From: Candidatus Bathyarchaeota archaeon
GTDB lineage: Archaea; Thermoproteota; Bathyarchaeia; TCS64
NCBI GenBank assembly: GCA_963771885.1
Contig: CAVYVF010000023.1
Coordinates: 480,001 to 544,000, forward strand
Length of the DNA: 64,000 nt
Direction: 5' to 3'
In this document: positions 14,657-24,637 of the stretch, one piece after another
Layout of the letters: each line of letters starts with the position of its first letter
How positions within the stretch are numbered: the stretch's first letter is position 1
Position numbers and translations under genes: made by a program
The notes under the pieces: generated by a model
Database searches by the model: none
What the model was told of the DNA's origin: nothing
What the model saw: only the letters and a program-made list of their open reading frames with translations

Positions 14657-15070
14657 TTGCAGGAGATACCCGGGCTCAAGGAGAGCTTCAAGAAGGCCAA
14701 GATAGTTTTACTCACGACGTTCTCGCCAGCTGGCGAGAAGCATATCAGACAGATGACGAACCTTAACGAGGACCCCTACTCGGTAATGTGGTTCACGAGC
14801 TACACCGACTCACGGAAGGTCGCGGACGTGAAAGGCGACCCAAGGGTCGTCATATCGTTCCCCTCCGGGAGACCCGGTGAGGTCTTCGAGATAGAAGGAA
14901 AGGCGAGCCTGGAGAGTCAGAACGTCGTGAATAATAGGTGGAGCTGGTGGTACCTCTACTGGCGACCCGAGCAGTCAGATAGGTTCTGGTTCCCCCGTGG
15001 TGGTGACCACCCAGAGTGGGCTATCCTAAACGTAGAGCCTGTCTCTGCAAATCGGGTTCTGCGTGGCTAG
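14657..15070 (+). CDS. Pyridoxamine 5'-phosphate oxidase-like (general stress protein 26) flavin-binding protein
   Basis: RQM..WFTS.TDSRKV.DVKGDPRV, WFP.GGDHP. Confidence 0.8.
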   Translation: MQEIPGLKESFKKAKIVLLTTFSPAGEKHIRQMTNLNEDPYSVMWFTSYTDSRKVADVKGDPRVVISFPSGRPGEVFEIEGKASLESQNVVNNRWSWWYLYWRPEQSDRFWFPRGGDHPEWAILNVEPVSANRVLRG

Positions 15071-15423
15071 AATGTCACTACCCTATCTGCTTCCTTGACC
15101 CAGTTAGCGAGGATCATCATTGTGCCCCTCTGGGCGCCACCTACGAGTTCCTCGTCCTTTATTCCGCGTGCCTTGAGGCAGGTGCCGCAGAGCTTGACCT
15201 CGACGCCCTTCGCGACGAGGTCGGCTGTCATCTTCTCGAGGTTGTAGTAGCCCTCGGGTGTGACCTGACCCTTCTTTGCTGCACCGACGGAGTCCCCCAT
15301 GAGGAAGACCCTGACCTGCATCCCTATCTCGGCCGTCGCGGATGCCCCGGCGAGGCGCAGGGCGTTCCACGTCTTCTCGCCTCCATAGGGGGCGTCATTC
15401 GCGATAATCAGTAGCTTTACCAT
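15067..15423 (-). CDS. DsrE/YchN family sulfur-relay protein
   Basis: APYGGE..NALRLA, VFLMGDSV, CGTCLKARG. Confidence 0.9.
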   Translation of the reverse strand: MVKLLIIANDAPYGGEKTWNALRLAGASATAEIGMQVRVFLMGDSVGAAKKGQVTPEGYYNLEKMTADLVAKGVEVKLCGTCLKARGIKDEELVGGAQRGTMMILANWVKEADRVVTF

Positions 15424-15458
15424 GGATGTACGGAGGCACCTTTAGCGTAAAACGGTAA

Positions 15459-16208
15459 CTATTTGCGCCCGACGAAGAGTGTTATCATCTCATCGTTACG
15501 GATAGGCTCATCGGGGTGTTCTGCCTTCCATTTCCTGAGCATCGCGACGCCCCTCTCCAGCCCCTCCTTTGTGATGGGGCGGAACATACTCCACAACTTC
15601 CCCTCAGCGATCTCTATGAACTCGTCCGCCGTCTGGTACCTCTCAATGAGGTAGGGGTGTACCTCAATTTTCAAGCCTGCGGCGGCGAAACACTTCTTGA
15701 ACTCCTCGTCGCTCGGGTAGGCGTCGAGTTGGCCTTGCTTTATCTCGGGGAAGAACTTGAAGACTACCTTTTCGTGCAACTGCGCATGACCGATGGTGTG
15801 GGCGATCTTCGTCCCACCCCTCCTGAGCACTCGCCCGCATTCCTTCGCTGCGAGCGCTCTGTCGCGTACGTGGTGCCAGACCTGTGCCGCGTAAATGAGG
15901 TCGACAACGTCATCCCTGTAGGGCATATACTCGCCCACCGCCTGCACAATAGGAAAATCTGGCGTCTTCTCATGCGCCTGCTTGAGCATCCCTATGCTAG
16001 GGTCGAAGCCGACGACAGTGCAGCCCGTTCGTGCCTGTATACCAAGGCCGTAATTGCCCGTACCGCAGCCCATATCGACGACAAGTGAACCCGCGTCGAG
16101 TCGCGCAATCTTCTCCGCCTCACCCGCCCAGAACCAGATGTCTTCGCTCACGCGTCCCCGGTCGTAGTTCCCACTCACCTTGTTGAAGTGTGGGTTGCTG
16201 ATGGCCAT
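15459..16208 (-). CDS. Class I SAM-dependent methyltransferase
   Basis: VVDMGCGTG, GFDPS.GML, RVLRRGG; start chosen at MAISNP. Confidence 0.88.
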   Translation of the reverse strand: MAISNPHFNKVSGNYDRGRVSEDIWFWAGEAEKIARLDAGSLVVDMGCGTGNYGLGIQARTGCTVVGFDPSIGMLKQAHEKTPDFPIVQAVGEYMPYRDDVVDLIYAAQVWHHVRDRALAAKECGRVLRRGGTKIAHTIGHAQLHEKVVFKFFPEIKQGQLDAYPSDEEFKKCFAAAGLKIEVHPYLIERYQTADEFIEIAEGKLWSMFRPITKEGLERGVAMLRKWKAEHPDEPIRNDEMITLFVGRK

Positions 16209-16325
16209 GCAGGTAGAGTTGCACTCAAGTGGGATAAATCCTGGCACTGCGCGTGCGAGAATAGTTTAGCGTACCATCGCCTAATCCTACAATATTCTAA
16301 ATACCGAGGCGGAGAGAGTTAATTC

Positions 16326-16715
16326 ATGCCTGACTACGGAGTACGCGGCACGATAACTTGGCTCTACTACCGGGACCTACCCCGGGCGATGAGGTTCTAC
16401 GAGGATGTCATGGGCTTCAAGATGACAGTCGATCAGGGCTGGAGTAAAATTTACAAGACTTCACAAGACGGTTATCTTGGCCTCGTCGATGGCGCCCATG
16501 GGCACCACAAAGCAAACAACATCAAGCCAGTCATCTTCTGCCTCAACGTTGTTGACGCCGAGGCGTGGTACAAGCGGGTCACCAAGGCGGGTGTTGAGAT
16601 AGAGGAGAAGCTACAGGAGTCGCAGCGCCTCAAGGTCAGGGTCTTCATGTTCAAGGACCCCGAGGGCTACGTCGTCGAGATACAACAGAGCCTACCCGGG
16701 GCGCTGAGCATCTAG
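16326..16715 (+). CDS. VOC/glyoxalase family protein
   Basis: AMRFYEDVMGF, FMFKDPEGYVVEI. Confidence 0.9.
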   Translation: MPDYGVRGTITWLYYRDLPRAMRFYEDVMGFKMTVDQGWSKIYKTSQDGYLGLVDGAHGHHKANNIKPVIFCLNVVDAEAWYKRVTKAGVEIEEKLQESQRLKVRVFMFKDPEGYVVEIQQSLPGALSI

Positions 16716-16766
16716 CCGGGTGCATCCAAACCTTAATATTTCAATCCGGGGGATTCCTGTTGTCGT

Positions 16767-16843
16767 GCCGCCGTAGCTTAGTCAGGTGGAGCGTCTGGCT
16801 GTTAACCAGTTGGTCAACGGTTCAAGTCCGTTCGGCGGCGCCA
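16767..16843 (+). tRNA. tRNA-Asn(GTT), encoded CCA
   Basis: GCCGCCG/CGGCGGC acceptor, CT-GTT-AA loop, TTCAAGT; TATA CTTAATAT upstream. Confidence 0.95.
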
Positions 16844-16933
16844 ACCTCCTAAAAAGGAATCATTTATAGCCCCAAGCACCCGCATGAAGTAACTAAGTTT
16901 CAGAAAACCTGTTAAGGAGTATGTGAGCGGTGG

Positions 16934-18910
16934 ATGGACCTTATTCTTCTGGCGTTCTCAGTCGGGCTTCTATCGTTGCTTGTCGTCGCCTATCTTAGTC
17001 ACTGGATTCTCAAACAGTCCGACGGTCCGCCCGAGATGCGTGAGGTCGCCTCCGCCATACAGATCGGCGCAAACGCGTTCATCAAGAGGCAGTACACAAC
17101 AATCGCAATCGTAACCGCAATCGTAGCCATCCCCATCGGCTACTTCTACAGGGACCCACGCGTCGTCGCCACGTTCCTCGCAGGCGTCGCCATGAGCCTC
17201 TCCGCCGCCTACGTCGGCATGAACATCGCAGTCAGGGCCAACGTGCGCACAACCGCCGCGGCGCAGACCTCCTCCTCACTCGCCTTCAAGATCGCCTTCA
17301 GGGGCGGAGGCGTCATGGGGCTGCTTGTCACGGGGCTCAGCCTCACCGGCATCAGCCTGCTCACGTGGCTCTGGGGCGACCCGAACGCCATAATCGGCTT
17401 CGGCTTCGGCGCAAGCCTCGCAGCCCTCTTCGCGCAGCTCGGCGGCGGCATATTCACGAAAGCCGCCGACATAGGCGCCGACCTCGTCGGTAAGATAGAG
17501 CAGAGAATACCCGAGGACGACCCACGAAACCCCGCCGTGATAGCTGATCAGGTCGGGGACAACGTCGGCGACTGCGCCGGCAGAGGCTCAGACCTCTTCG
17601 AGTCGATAAGCGACGACTACATCACCGCGATGCTTCTCGGAACCACCGTCATGAGCCTCATGGGGGGCCTGGCACTCATCTTCCCGCTGCTGCTCGGCGC
17701 CGTCGGCATCATAGCCACAATCGTAGGCGTCTTCGTCACGACAGCCCTCTCAGGTAAGCCCATGAGAAGCTTCAACCTCGGACTGGGCACATCATCCCTC
17801 CTCAGCATCATAGGGGCTTACATCGTGTGCACGATGGTGCTCGGGGACATTCACGTATTCTACGCCGTGACCGCGGGGCTGCTCGCGAGCCTCGCCGTCG
17901 GACTAACCGTGCAGTACTACATAGGAATCAACAGCGGCCCCATAAAGGACGTAGCATCCTCCAGCCAATATGGCCCCGCGATAAACATAATCACCGGCCT
18001 CGGATACGCCCTCCAGAGCCCCTTCCTACCACACATATTCGTCCTCGCCACCATAGTCTTCGCCCTCTGGGTGACCGGCGGGAGCCTCTACGGACTCGTC
18101 GGCGCCAACATAGGCACAGACCTCGCCATCGGCATGATCATGTCAAGCGACGCCTTCGGGCCAATAAGCGACAACGCCGCCGGCATCGCTGAGATGAGCA
18201 AGGCAAAGGTGAACAACGACGCCCTCGAGGAGCTCGACGCTATGGGGAACACGACGAAGGCGATCACAAAGGCCTTCGCCTCTGGCAGCGGCACGTTCTC
18301 GACACTCGTCATCTTCATGACCTACGCCGAGCTCGTCGGCCTGACGAAGGCGAGCGTTGGGCTAACCGACCCGATACTCATCATCGGCCTGCTGCTCGGC
18401 GGCGCCTTCCCCTTCCTCTTCAGCAGCTTCGCGATACAGGCGACCGCAAAAAGCGCCTACAAGATAATGGAGGAGGTTAGGCGCCAGTTCGCGGAGAACC
18501 CACGCATAATCAAGGGTGAGGATAAGCCAGACTACGCTACCTGCGTCGATATAGCGACGAAGGAGGCCCTGCGCCAGATGGTCGCTCCTGGCCTGCTCGC
18601 CGTCGTCGCCCCAATAGCAGTCGGACTCCTCCTTGGTAAGTTCGCCCTCGGCGCCATGTTGCTCGGCGGCCTCGGCACCTCGGCGCTGCTCGCCCCCTTC
18701 TTCACCTTCGGCGGCGGCATCTGGGACAACGCCAAGAAGCAAATTGAGCGCGAGTTCTGGATGAAGGGCACGCCCACCCACGAGGCGGCCGTAGTCGGTG
18801 ACACCGTCGGCGACCCACTCAAGGACGTGGCAGGTCCGAGCCTCAACATCTTCATGAAGCTCACGAACATGACGGCGCTCATCCTCGTGCCTCTACTTCT
18901 CCTGCTCTAA
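16934..18910 (+). CDS. hppA: Membrane-bound ion-translocating pyrophosphatase
   Basis: GGGIFTKAADIGADLVGKIE, EDDPRNPAVIAD.VGDNVGD, GDTVGDPLKD. Confidence 0.97.
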   Translation: MDLILLAFSVGLLSLLVVAYLSHWILKQSDGPPEMREVASAIQIGANAFIKRQYTTIAIVTAIVAIPIGYFYRDPRVVATFLAGVAMSLSAAYVGMNIAVRANVRTTAAAQTSSSLAFKIAFRGGGVMGLLVTGLSLTGISLLTWLWGDPNAIIGFGFGASLAALFAQLGGGIFTKAADIGADLVGKIEQRIPEDDPRNPAVIADQVGDNVGDCAGRGSDLFESISDDYITAMLLGTTVMSLMGGLALIFPLLLGAVGIIATIVGVFVTTALSGKPMRSFNLGLGTSSLLSIIGAYIVCTMVLGDIHVFYAVTAGLLASLAVGLTVQYYIGINSGPIKDVASSSQYGPAINIITGLGYALQSPFLPHIFVLATIVFALWVTGGSLYGLVGANIGTDLAIGMIMSSDAFGPISDNAAGIAEMSKAKVNNDALEELDAMGNTTKAITKAFASGSGTFSTLVIFMTYAELVGLTKASVGLTDPILIIGLLLGGAFPFLFSSFAIQATAKSAYKIMEEVRRQFAENPRIIKGEDKPDYATCVDIATKEALRQMVAPGLLAVVAPIAVGLLLGKFALGAMLLGGLGTSALLAPFFTFGGGIWDNAKKQIEREFWMKGTPTHEAAVVGDTVGDPLKDVAGPSLNIFMKLTNMTALILVPLLLLL

Positions 18911-18960
18911 GAGGCCTAATCCTTATAGCGGCTGGGCTTGGAACGAGTCTGGATCGTGGC

Positions 18961-19746
18961 TTGCTCGACGGCGTCCTGCTCCTGAAGATAGGGCTCGCCC
19001 CCCTTCTCATCGTCGCAGCTAGTGTTGCTGGGCACCGTTGGGGCAACACGGTCGGCGGCTGGGTAGTGGGGCTCCCCCTAGTCTCCGCCCCCGTCATATT
19101 GCTCCTCGCCATTGAGAGGGGGAGCGAGTTCGCAGCCGCGTCGGCGCAGGGTTCCCTGCTGGGAATAGTATCGCTGTCGGCATTCAGCCTCGCCTACGCT
19201 TGGCTATCGCTACGCAAAAGCCTAAACTGGCTCCCCTCAATGCTTCTCGGCTGGGGCGTCTACTTTGTCACCACGTTTGTCCTCGGCTTCTCGGCGGTTT
19301 CCATCATTGCGGCGTTCATCGTGGTCGCCGCATGGCTGCGCCTCGTAACAAGAGTCTTCCCGGAGACGCACGCATCCTTGGCGCCGAAGCCCAGTGGGTT
19401 CCCGTGGGGCGACGTCGCGGTAAGGATAGTCGCGGCGGTCGGGCTGATATTCGCAATAACCGAGTATGCCCCAGCGCTGGGGCCGACGCTCAGCGGGCTA
19501 CTCACACCCTTCCCTATATACACGAGCGTAATGGTGACATCTATACATCGCCGGCAAGGCGCCGAGTCGGCGTCGCAGTTTGTGCGCGGAGCCATAGTAA
19601 GCTCATACACACCCGCGTTGTTCTGGCTGATAGTCGGCTCGACGATCATTTCGTGGGGCATCGGCTTCTCATACGCCCTCGCCATAGCTGCGTCGGTTGT
19701 ACTGCACTATGTTCTTCTCAGAACGCTCAGAAAGAGCGTTACTTGA
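18961..19746 (+). CDS. Multi-pass membrane protein with internal duplication
   Basis: About 8 TM helices; GGWVVGLP and SGLLTPFP repeats. Confidence 0.7.
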   Translation: MLDGVLLLKIGLAPLLIVAASVAGHRWGNTVGGWVVGLPLVSAPVILLLAIERGSEFAAASAQGSLLGIVSLSAFSLAYAWLSLRKSLNWLPSMLLGWGVYFVTTFVLGFSAVSIIAAFIVVAAWLRLVTRVFPETHASLAPKPSGFPWGDVAVRIVAAVGLIFAITEYAPALGPTLSGLLTPFPIYTSVMVTSIHRRQGAESASQFVRGAIVSSYTPALFWLIVGSTIISWGIGFSYALAIAASVVLHYVLLRTLRKSVT

Positions 19747-20734
19747 GCCCCTTGAAGTGCTCCCAACCGCCCTTGCCGACTGGCTTCTCCACCCCATCCT
19801 CGATGTATACGATCCTCTTTTCCTTCGTGACGACCCCGATTTCCAATAGATCGGCACCCGCGCCTCGCAGTGCCCTCTTCGCCTCCTCAACCATCCCCGG
19901 CTTGACGGTGAAGACCAGTTCGTACTCCTCGCCGCCGTAGAGGGCAAGGCAGGCGCGGTCCACGCCGATCTCCTCGGCGAACCTCTCCGCATCCATCGTC
20001 AGCGGGACGTCGGTGAGTCTAAAACCGTTCCCGCTGCTCCTCTGGAGATCGTGAAGACTTACGGCGAGTCCATCGCTCGAGTCCATACTGCTCGTGGCAG
20101 CCCCGGATTGGGCGAGAGCGATGCCCGCTTTGACGCGTGCATGGGGCATGTATACGGATTCTACAAGGCGATCCCGGAGCAGTTTCGATACCTCCATGTT
20201 CTCTAAGATTATCTTGAAGGCTGAGGTCGTGTTTCCGAAACCACCCGTCGTGGCCAGTACGTCACCGGGCTTGGATGTGCCCCTGAGGACGAGCCTCCTC
20301 TCCTCGGCAAGGCCGTATGCCATCCCTGAGATTACTATGTCGCATGCCTCATTCGTGTCGCCGCCAACCATGTAGCCGCCGTACTCCCGGGCGCCGGCCT
20401 CGAAGCCGCGGGCGATGTCTTCGACCCAGTCGGCTGGGGTTGTATCGGGGGCACCTAGGGCTGCGAGGAATGCTTGGGGCTGGACGCCCTTTGAGCCGAG
20501 GTCGCTAAAGTTCATCACCACCGCTTTGCGCCCCGCTTGGAAGGGGGTCATGCCCTTGGGTATGTCGGTCTTCCAGACGAGCATATCCGTCTTGAGGACG
20601 ACGCAGCGCCCGTCGCCGAGGCTTATCGCGTTTACATCGTCCCAGTTGGGCACGGGCATCCCCGGCATGATCGTAAGGTGTTTCATTATACGGCTGATGA
20701 GCTCCCGCTCCCCGACTTCGGCTATGGTCGCCAC
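19739..20734 (-). CDS. thiL: Thiamine-monophosphate kinase
   Basis: GERELI, NFSDLGSKG, VGGDT, MDSSDGL, GGEEYEL, GWEHF. Confidence 0.95.
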   Translation of the reverse strand: MATIAEVGERELISRIMKHLTIMPGMPVPNWDDVNAISLGDGRCVVLKTDMLVWKTDIPKGMTPFQAGRKAVVMNFSDLGSKGVQPQAFLAALGAPDTTPADWVEDIARGFEAGAREYGGYMVGGDTNEACDIVISGMAYGLAEERRLVLRGTSKPGDVLATTGGFGNTTSAFKIILENMEVSKLLRDRLVESVYMPHARVKAGIALAQSGAATSSMDSSDGLAVSLHDLQRSSGNGFRLTDVPLTMDAERFAEEIGVDRACLALYGGEEYELVFTVKPGMVEEAKRALRGAGADLLEIGVVTKEKRIVYIEDGVEKPVGKGGWEHFKGLK

Positions 20735-20833
20735 GTCTAAGGCTAATGACTATGCCATTATAAGCATCTGCCCGCGCTAATTGTTCTATAAACCTTAAAC
20801 CAGATCTAAGGGTTATCATGATCAGAGGTCAGC

Positions 20834-21901
20834 ATGGTCCTCGGACTTCAATACCTGGAAAACACCATTCTCTTAGGCGGAATGGTCGTCATCGTCGCCT
20901 TAGCGTTCGACCACATGCTGAACCACGCTGGCATCCCCGCCTTCGTCAACAGGATACCCGTCATGCTCGGCGCATTTTCGGTCAGCGCCGTGTCGATGAG
21001 GCTCGTGTTCGCCGTCGCCGCGTCAGCGGGGGTGCAGCTGCTCGACTGGGGCAGCATGCAGGGCTGGATCTACAACAATAAGGAGAACACGCAGCTCGTG
21101 AACTTCTTCCTAGCTGATAACCCTGCGCTCTGCATAGGGTTGATCCTGTTCACATTCGCCGCCTCTATGGTGCTCGGGGGACTGGGCGGTTGGCTACTGG
21201 CTAGGGTCGCCATTGGGTTAAGCCCCGCCTTGATGCTAATGGTGACACTTAGCTTAACCGACCTGGGTTGCATCTTCGGGAGGAACGTCACATGGTTAAG
21301 CGCCGGCACTCTGGGGCTTTTCGTGCCTGACTTTCTCGCCTTCGCACAGGGGTATCAGGGCATCTTACTCATGGGCATCACGGCCGCCGTCGTCGCCGCT
21401 ATCTACCTTCTCTTGGATAGGCTGGAGGCTTCTCCCTGGGGGCGGCTTGTCGCCGCGGTCGCAGACGACCCGGTCGCCGCGGCGAGCCTCGGGAAGGACA
21501 TATTGTCCGTGAGGGGGCAGGTCGTGTTCTTAACATCCGGTTTGATGGCTCTCGCGGGGGGGCTTTGGAGCTTTTACACTTTGTTCGTAGTCGAGTCGTC
21601 CTTCCATAACGGGTTGTGGCTCTTCTGGCCCATGATGGCCGCCATCCTCATAGGGGGATCGGGTGGCAGGTGGAGGATCATATTCGGAACAGGTGTGTTT
21701 TACTCCGTTAACTTACTCATCATATCCTTCAAGTTTGAGATACAGAACGTTTTACCCTTTCCCGTCAGCTACGTTCAGGACATTCTACTCTCACTGATCA
21801 TTCTTCTCGCCCTTACCCGGCTGCCCCGTATCATGGCTCGGCGCAGAACCATGAGCATGAGAGGCATCTGGTACGAGGACGAAGTTGGCAGCGCAGCCTG
21901 A
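20834..21901 (+). CDS. LivM-like branched-chain amino acid ABC permease (orphan)
   Basis: SPWGRLVAAVADDPVAAASLGKD, MALAGGLW, ILIGGSG. Confidence 0.75.
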   Translation: MVLGLQYLENTILLGGMVVIVALAFDHMLNHAGIPAFVNRIPVMLGAFSVSAVSMRLVFAVAASAGVQLLDWGSMQGWIYNNKENTQLVNFFLADNPALCIGLILFTFAASMVLGGLGGWLLARVAIGLSPALMLMVTLSLTDLGCIFGRNVTWLSAGTLGLFVPDFLAFAQGYQGILLMGITAAVVAAIYLLLDRLEASPWGRLVAAVADDPVAAASLGKDILSVRGQVVFLTSGLMALAGGLWSFYTLFVVESSFHNGLWLFWPMMAAILIGGSGGRWRIIFGTGVFYSVNLLIISFKFEIQNVLPFPVSYVQDILLSLIILLALTRLPRIMARRRTMSMRGIWYEDEVGSAA

Positions 21902-21944
21902 AAAATATCTTATACGCCCATCCAGATGGATATAGAACCACCCG

Positions 21945-23108
21945 GTGAATGGCTTGATGCGTAAACCCCTCGAAGACATAAGGGTCGTCGACATGACCCA
22001 CGTCTGGTTCGGCCCTTGGGCTACCATGAACCTCGCGGACATGGGCGCCGAGGTTATAAGAGTCGAGCCACCGTGGGGCGCCATAGATAGGATCAGTGAG
22101 GGCATGCTCTACGGTAGAGCCCCCTATACCTTCCACCACCTAAACCAGAACAAGAAGGACCTCACCCTAAACCTGAAGAGCCCAGAAGGTATGCGCCTCC
22201 TCAAGGAGCTCATAAAGAAGAGCGACGTTGTCGTCCAGAACATGAGCACAGGCACCATGGAGAAGCTAGGCCTCGGCTACGAGGACCTGAAGAAGCTCAA
22301 CCCAGGCATCATCTACGCGGCGCTGAGCGGCTTCGGCCAATACGGGCCCTACAAGAACAGGAACTGCTACGCCGTCTTCGCGGAGGCGATGAGCGGCCAC
22401 ACACGTATGACGGGGGACGGTGTCGACCCAGAGGGTCCGCCGATCGAGATGGCGATGGCTCTCGGTGATACGCTGCCGGGGAGCCTCGCCGCGATGGCGA
22501 TCCTCGGCGCAATCCGCTACCGCGACAAGACTGGCCTCGGCCAGATGATCGACGTCGCCCAACTCGACTGCATGGTCGCCGTCAACCCAGGCATAACAGG
22601 CTACTTCCTCAGCGGTTTGACTAACTGGGAGATGAGGAAGAAGTTCCCCACCGGAGGCATAGGCGGTATTTTCAAGGCTAAGGACGGCGGCTGGGTCCGC
22701 ATCGGGGCATATAGCCCGAGCGCGTTGGAGAACCTGAAGAACTTCCTCGGAGTCGAGGAGCCGACGAAGGAGGACTGCGCCAAGTACATCGCCACGAAGA
22801 ATAGGGACGAGGCGGTTACCGAATTCGTAGCCGCCGACCTCCCCTCCTCACCCATCTACCAGATCGACGAAACGGTGAAGGACCCCCACCTCGCGGCAAG
22901 GGGCATGTTCATCGAGGTCGACCACCCCCTCGCAGGGAAGTATAAGACGGTGAACAACCCCATCAAGTTCAGCCTTACCCCCGTCGAGAGGAAGACCGCG
23001 GCGCCGACGCTAGGACAACACAGCAGGGAAATTCTCACGAATGTGCTGGGGCTCACCGACGCGCAGGTAGACGAACTGATCAACGCCGGTGTCGTAGCAC
23101 CCACATAG
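21945..23108 (+). CDS. CoA-transferase family III (CaiB/BaiF)
   Basis: GPWATMNLADMGAEVIRVEPP, SGFGQYGP, APTLGQHS; putative catalytic Asp in ALGDT. Confidence 0.93.
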   Translation: MNGLMRKPLEDIRVVDMTHVWFGPWATMNLADMGAEVIRVEPPWGAIDRISEGMLYGRAPYTFHHLNQNKKDLTLNLKSPEGMRLLKELIKKSDVVVQNMSTGTMEKLGLGYEDLKKLNPGIIYAALSGFGQYGPYKNRNCYAVFAEAMSGHTRMTGDGVDPEGPPIEMAMALGDTLPGSLAAMAILGAIRYRDKTGLGQMIDVAQLDCMVAVNPGITGYFLSGLTNWEMRKKFPTGGIGGIFKAKDGGWVRIGAYSPSALENLKNFLGVEEPTKEDCAKYIATKNRDEAVTEFVAADLPSSPIYQIDETVKDPHLAARGMFIEVDHPLAGKYKTVNNPIKFSLTPVERKTAAPTLGQHSREILTNVLGLTDAQVDELINAGVVAPT

Positions 23109-23153
23109 ACACCGATTTTCTTAAAAACAGGGGCTTCACCCGTATGGTGGAGT

Positions 23154-23229
23154 GGCCCGGTAGCTCAGCGGTCAGAGCGGCAGCCTCGTAAGTTGTAGGT
23201 CGCGGGTCCGAATCCCGCTCGGGCCTCCA
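23154..23229 (+). tRNA. tRNA-Thr(CGT), encoded CCA
   Basis: GGCCCGG/TCGGGCC acceptor, CT-CGT-AA loop, T-loop TCCGAAT, U73. Confidence 0.9.
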
Positions 23230-23267
23230 TCTTTTAACCAACTTGCCTCCAATCAGTTTGGGCCGCG

Positions 23268-24605
23268 TTGAGCGTCACTATCGTTAATGCCAGGGTTTTC
23301 ACAGGTGGGGGACTCAGGGAAGGCACAGTCGTCGCCGAGGACGGCGTGATCACGGCGATCGGGCGGAACCCGAGCCCCGTCGGTGAAGTAATCGACGCCA
23401 GAGGAAACCTCCTACTCCCCGGGCTCGTTGACCTGCACGTCCACTTCCGCGAGCCCGGTGCGACGCAGAAAGAGGACTTCTACACAGGTGGCTGCGCCGC
23501 GGTCGCAGGTGGCGTTACCACAGTACTCGACGAACCAAACAACACACCTGTCATCGAAACCCCCCAAGCGCTCAAGCTGAAGCTTGACACGATCCGAGGC
23601 AAGTCGCTCATTGATTACGGTGTCACCGTAGCCCTCAACGACCACAACCTCGACGTCCTCACCGAGTTCGTAAGGCTGGGCGCCACGGCCTTCGCCGAGT
23701 TCGACGAGCTGGGGGACAAGCCCACAGGACTCACCAACGCCGGCGCCTTGCTCGACGCGATGAAAGCTGTCAAGGCGGTCAGCGGACTCCTACTGATGAA
23801 CTGCAGGGAGGCTGAGATCGTAGACCACGAGATGGCGAAGATACGGCGTGAGGGAAGGAAGGGCTTCAGAGACTACAACGCGTCCTTCCCACGAGTCGCA
23901 GAGTCAGCCGCCGCGGCGAAGAGGCTGATCATGGCAGAGAGCGTCGGCGTCCGCGCGCATCTCCGCGAGGTATCTACCATCGAGACTCTCCGCGTCATCG
24001 GTGCGTTAAAGGGCAATGTTACAACTGAGGCAAGGCCCGACCACCTGTTCCTAAACGATGAGGACTCTGCGCAACTCGGACCACTAGCCCAGCAGTGGAC
24101 ACCGATACGGGGAAGAAGTGATAATAACGTATTGCTCAAGGCGCTCTCAGCAGGCCTCGTTGATGCCGTAGCCTCCGACCACGCCCCGCACACCCTCGAG
24201 GAGAAGCAGCCCGGCTACCAGAACATTTGGGGCTCTCCTCCAGGCATACCAGCGGTCGAGACGATGCTCCCTCTGCTGCTCACCGAGATCAACCGGGGCA
24301 CGCTCACACTGGCGCGCCTTGTTGAAGCGTCTTCCATAACACCTGCGAGAATTCTTGGCATCCACCCGCGAAAGGGGGAGATAGCTGTCGGCTCGGACGC
24401 TGACCTCGTCATCGTTGATCTGAACGAGGAGTGGACTATCAGGGGCGAGGTGTTGCATGGGAAGACCCGCTGGACGCCCTACGAGGGGCGCAAGGTCAAG
24501 GGAAGGGTCCTTAATACAATCGTTCGGGGCATGCCCGCCTACGACCACGGCGAGGTCATCGGCAAGCCAGGTCAGGGCAGACATCTCAAACTCGAAACCC
24601 ATTAA
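23268..24605 (+). CDS. Dihydroorotase/allantoinase-like cyclic amidohydrolase (divergent active site)
   Basis: PGLVDLHVHFREPG, AVAGGVTT, SDHAPH, GSDADLVI. Confidence 0.85.
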   Translation: MSVTIVNARVFTGGGLREGTVVAEDGVITAIGRNPSPVGEVIDARGNLLLPGLVDLHVHFREPGATQKEDFYTGGCAAVAGGVTTVLDEPNNTPVIETPQALKLKLDTIRGKSLIDYGVTVALNDHNLDVLTEFVRLGATAFAEFDELGDKPTGLTNAGALLDAMKAVKAVSGLLLMNCREAEIVDHEMAKIRREGRKGFRDYNASFPRVAESAAAAKRLIMAESVGVRAHLREVSTIETLRVIGALKGNVTTEARPDHLFLNDEDSAQLGPLAQQWTPIRGRSDNNVLLKALSAGLVDAVASDHAPHTLEEKQPGYQNIWGSPPGIPAVETMLPLLLTEINRGTLTLARLVEASSITPARILGIHPRKGEIAVGSDADLVIVDLNEEWTIRGEVLHGKTRWTPYEGRKVKGRVLNTIVRGMPAYDHGEVIGKPGQGRHLKLETH

Positions 24606-24637
24606 ACGTGGTCTATTAAACAATAGAGTGAAGCTCC

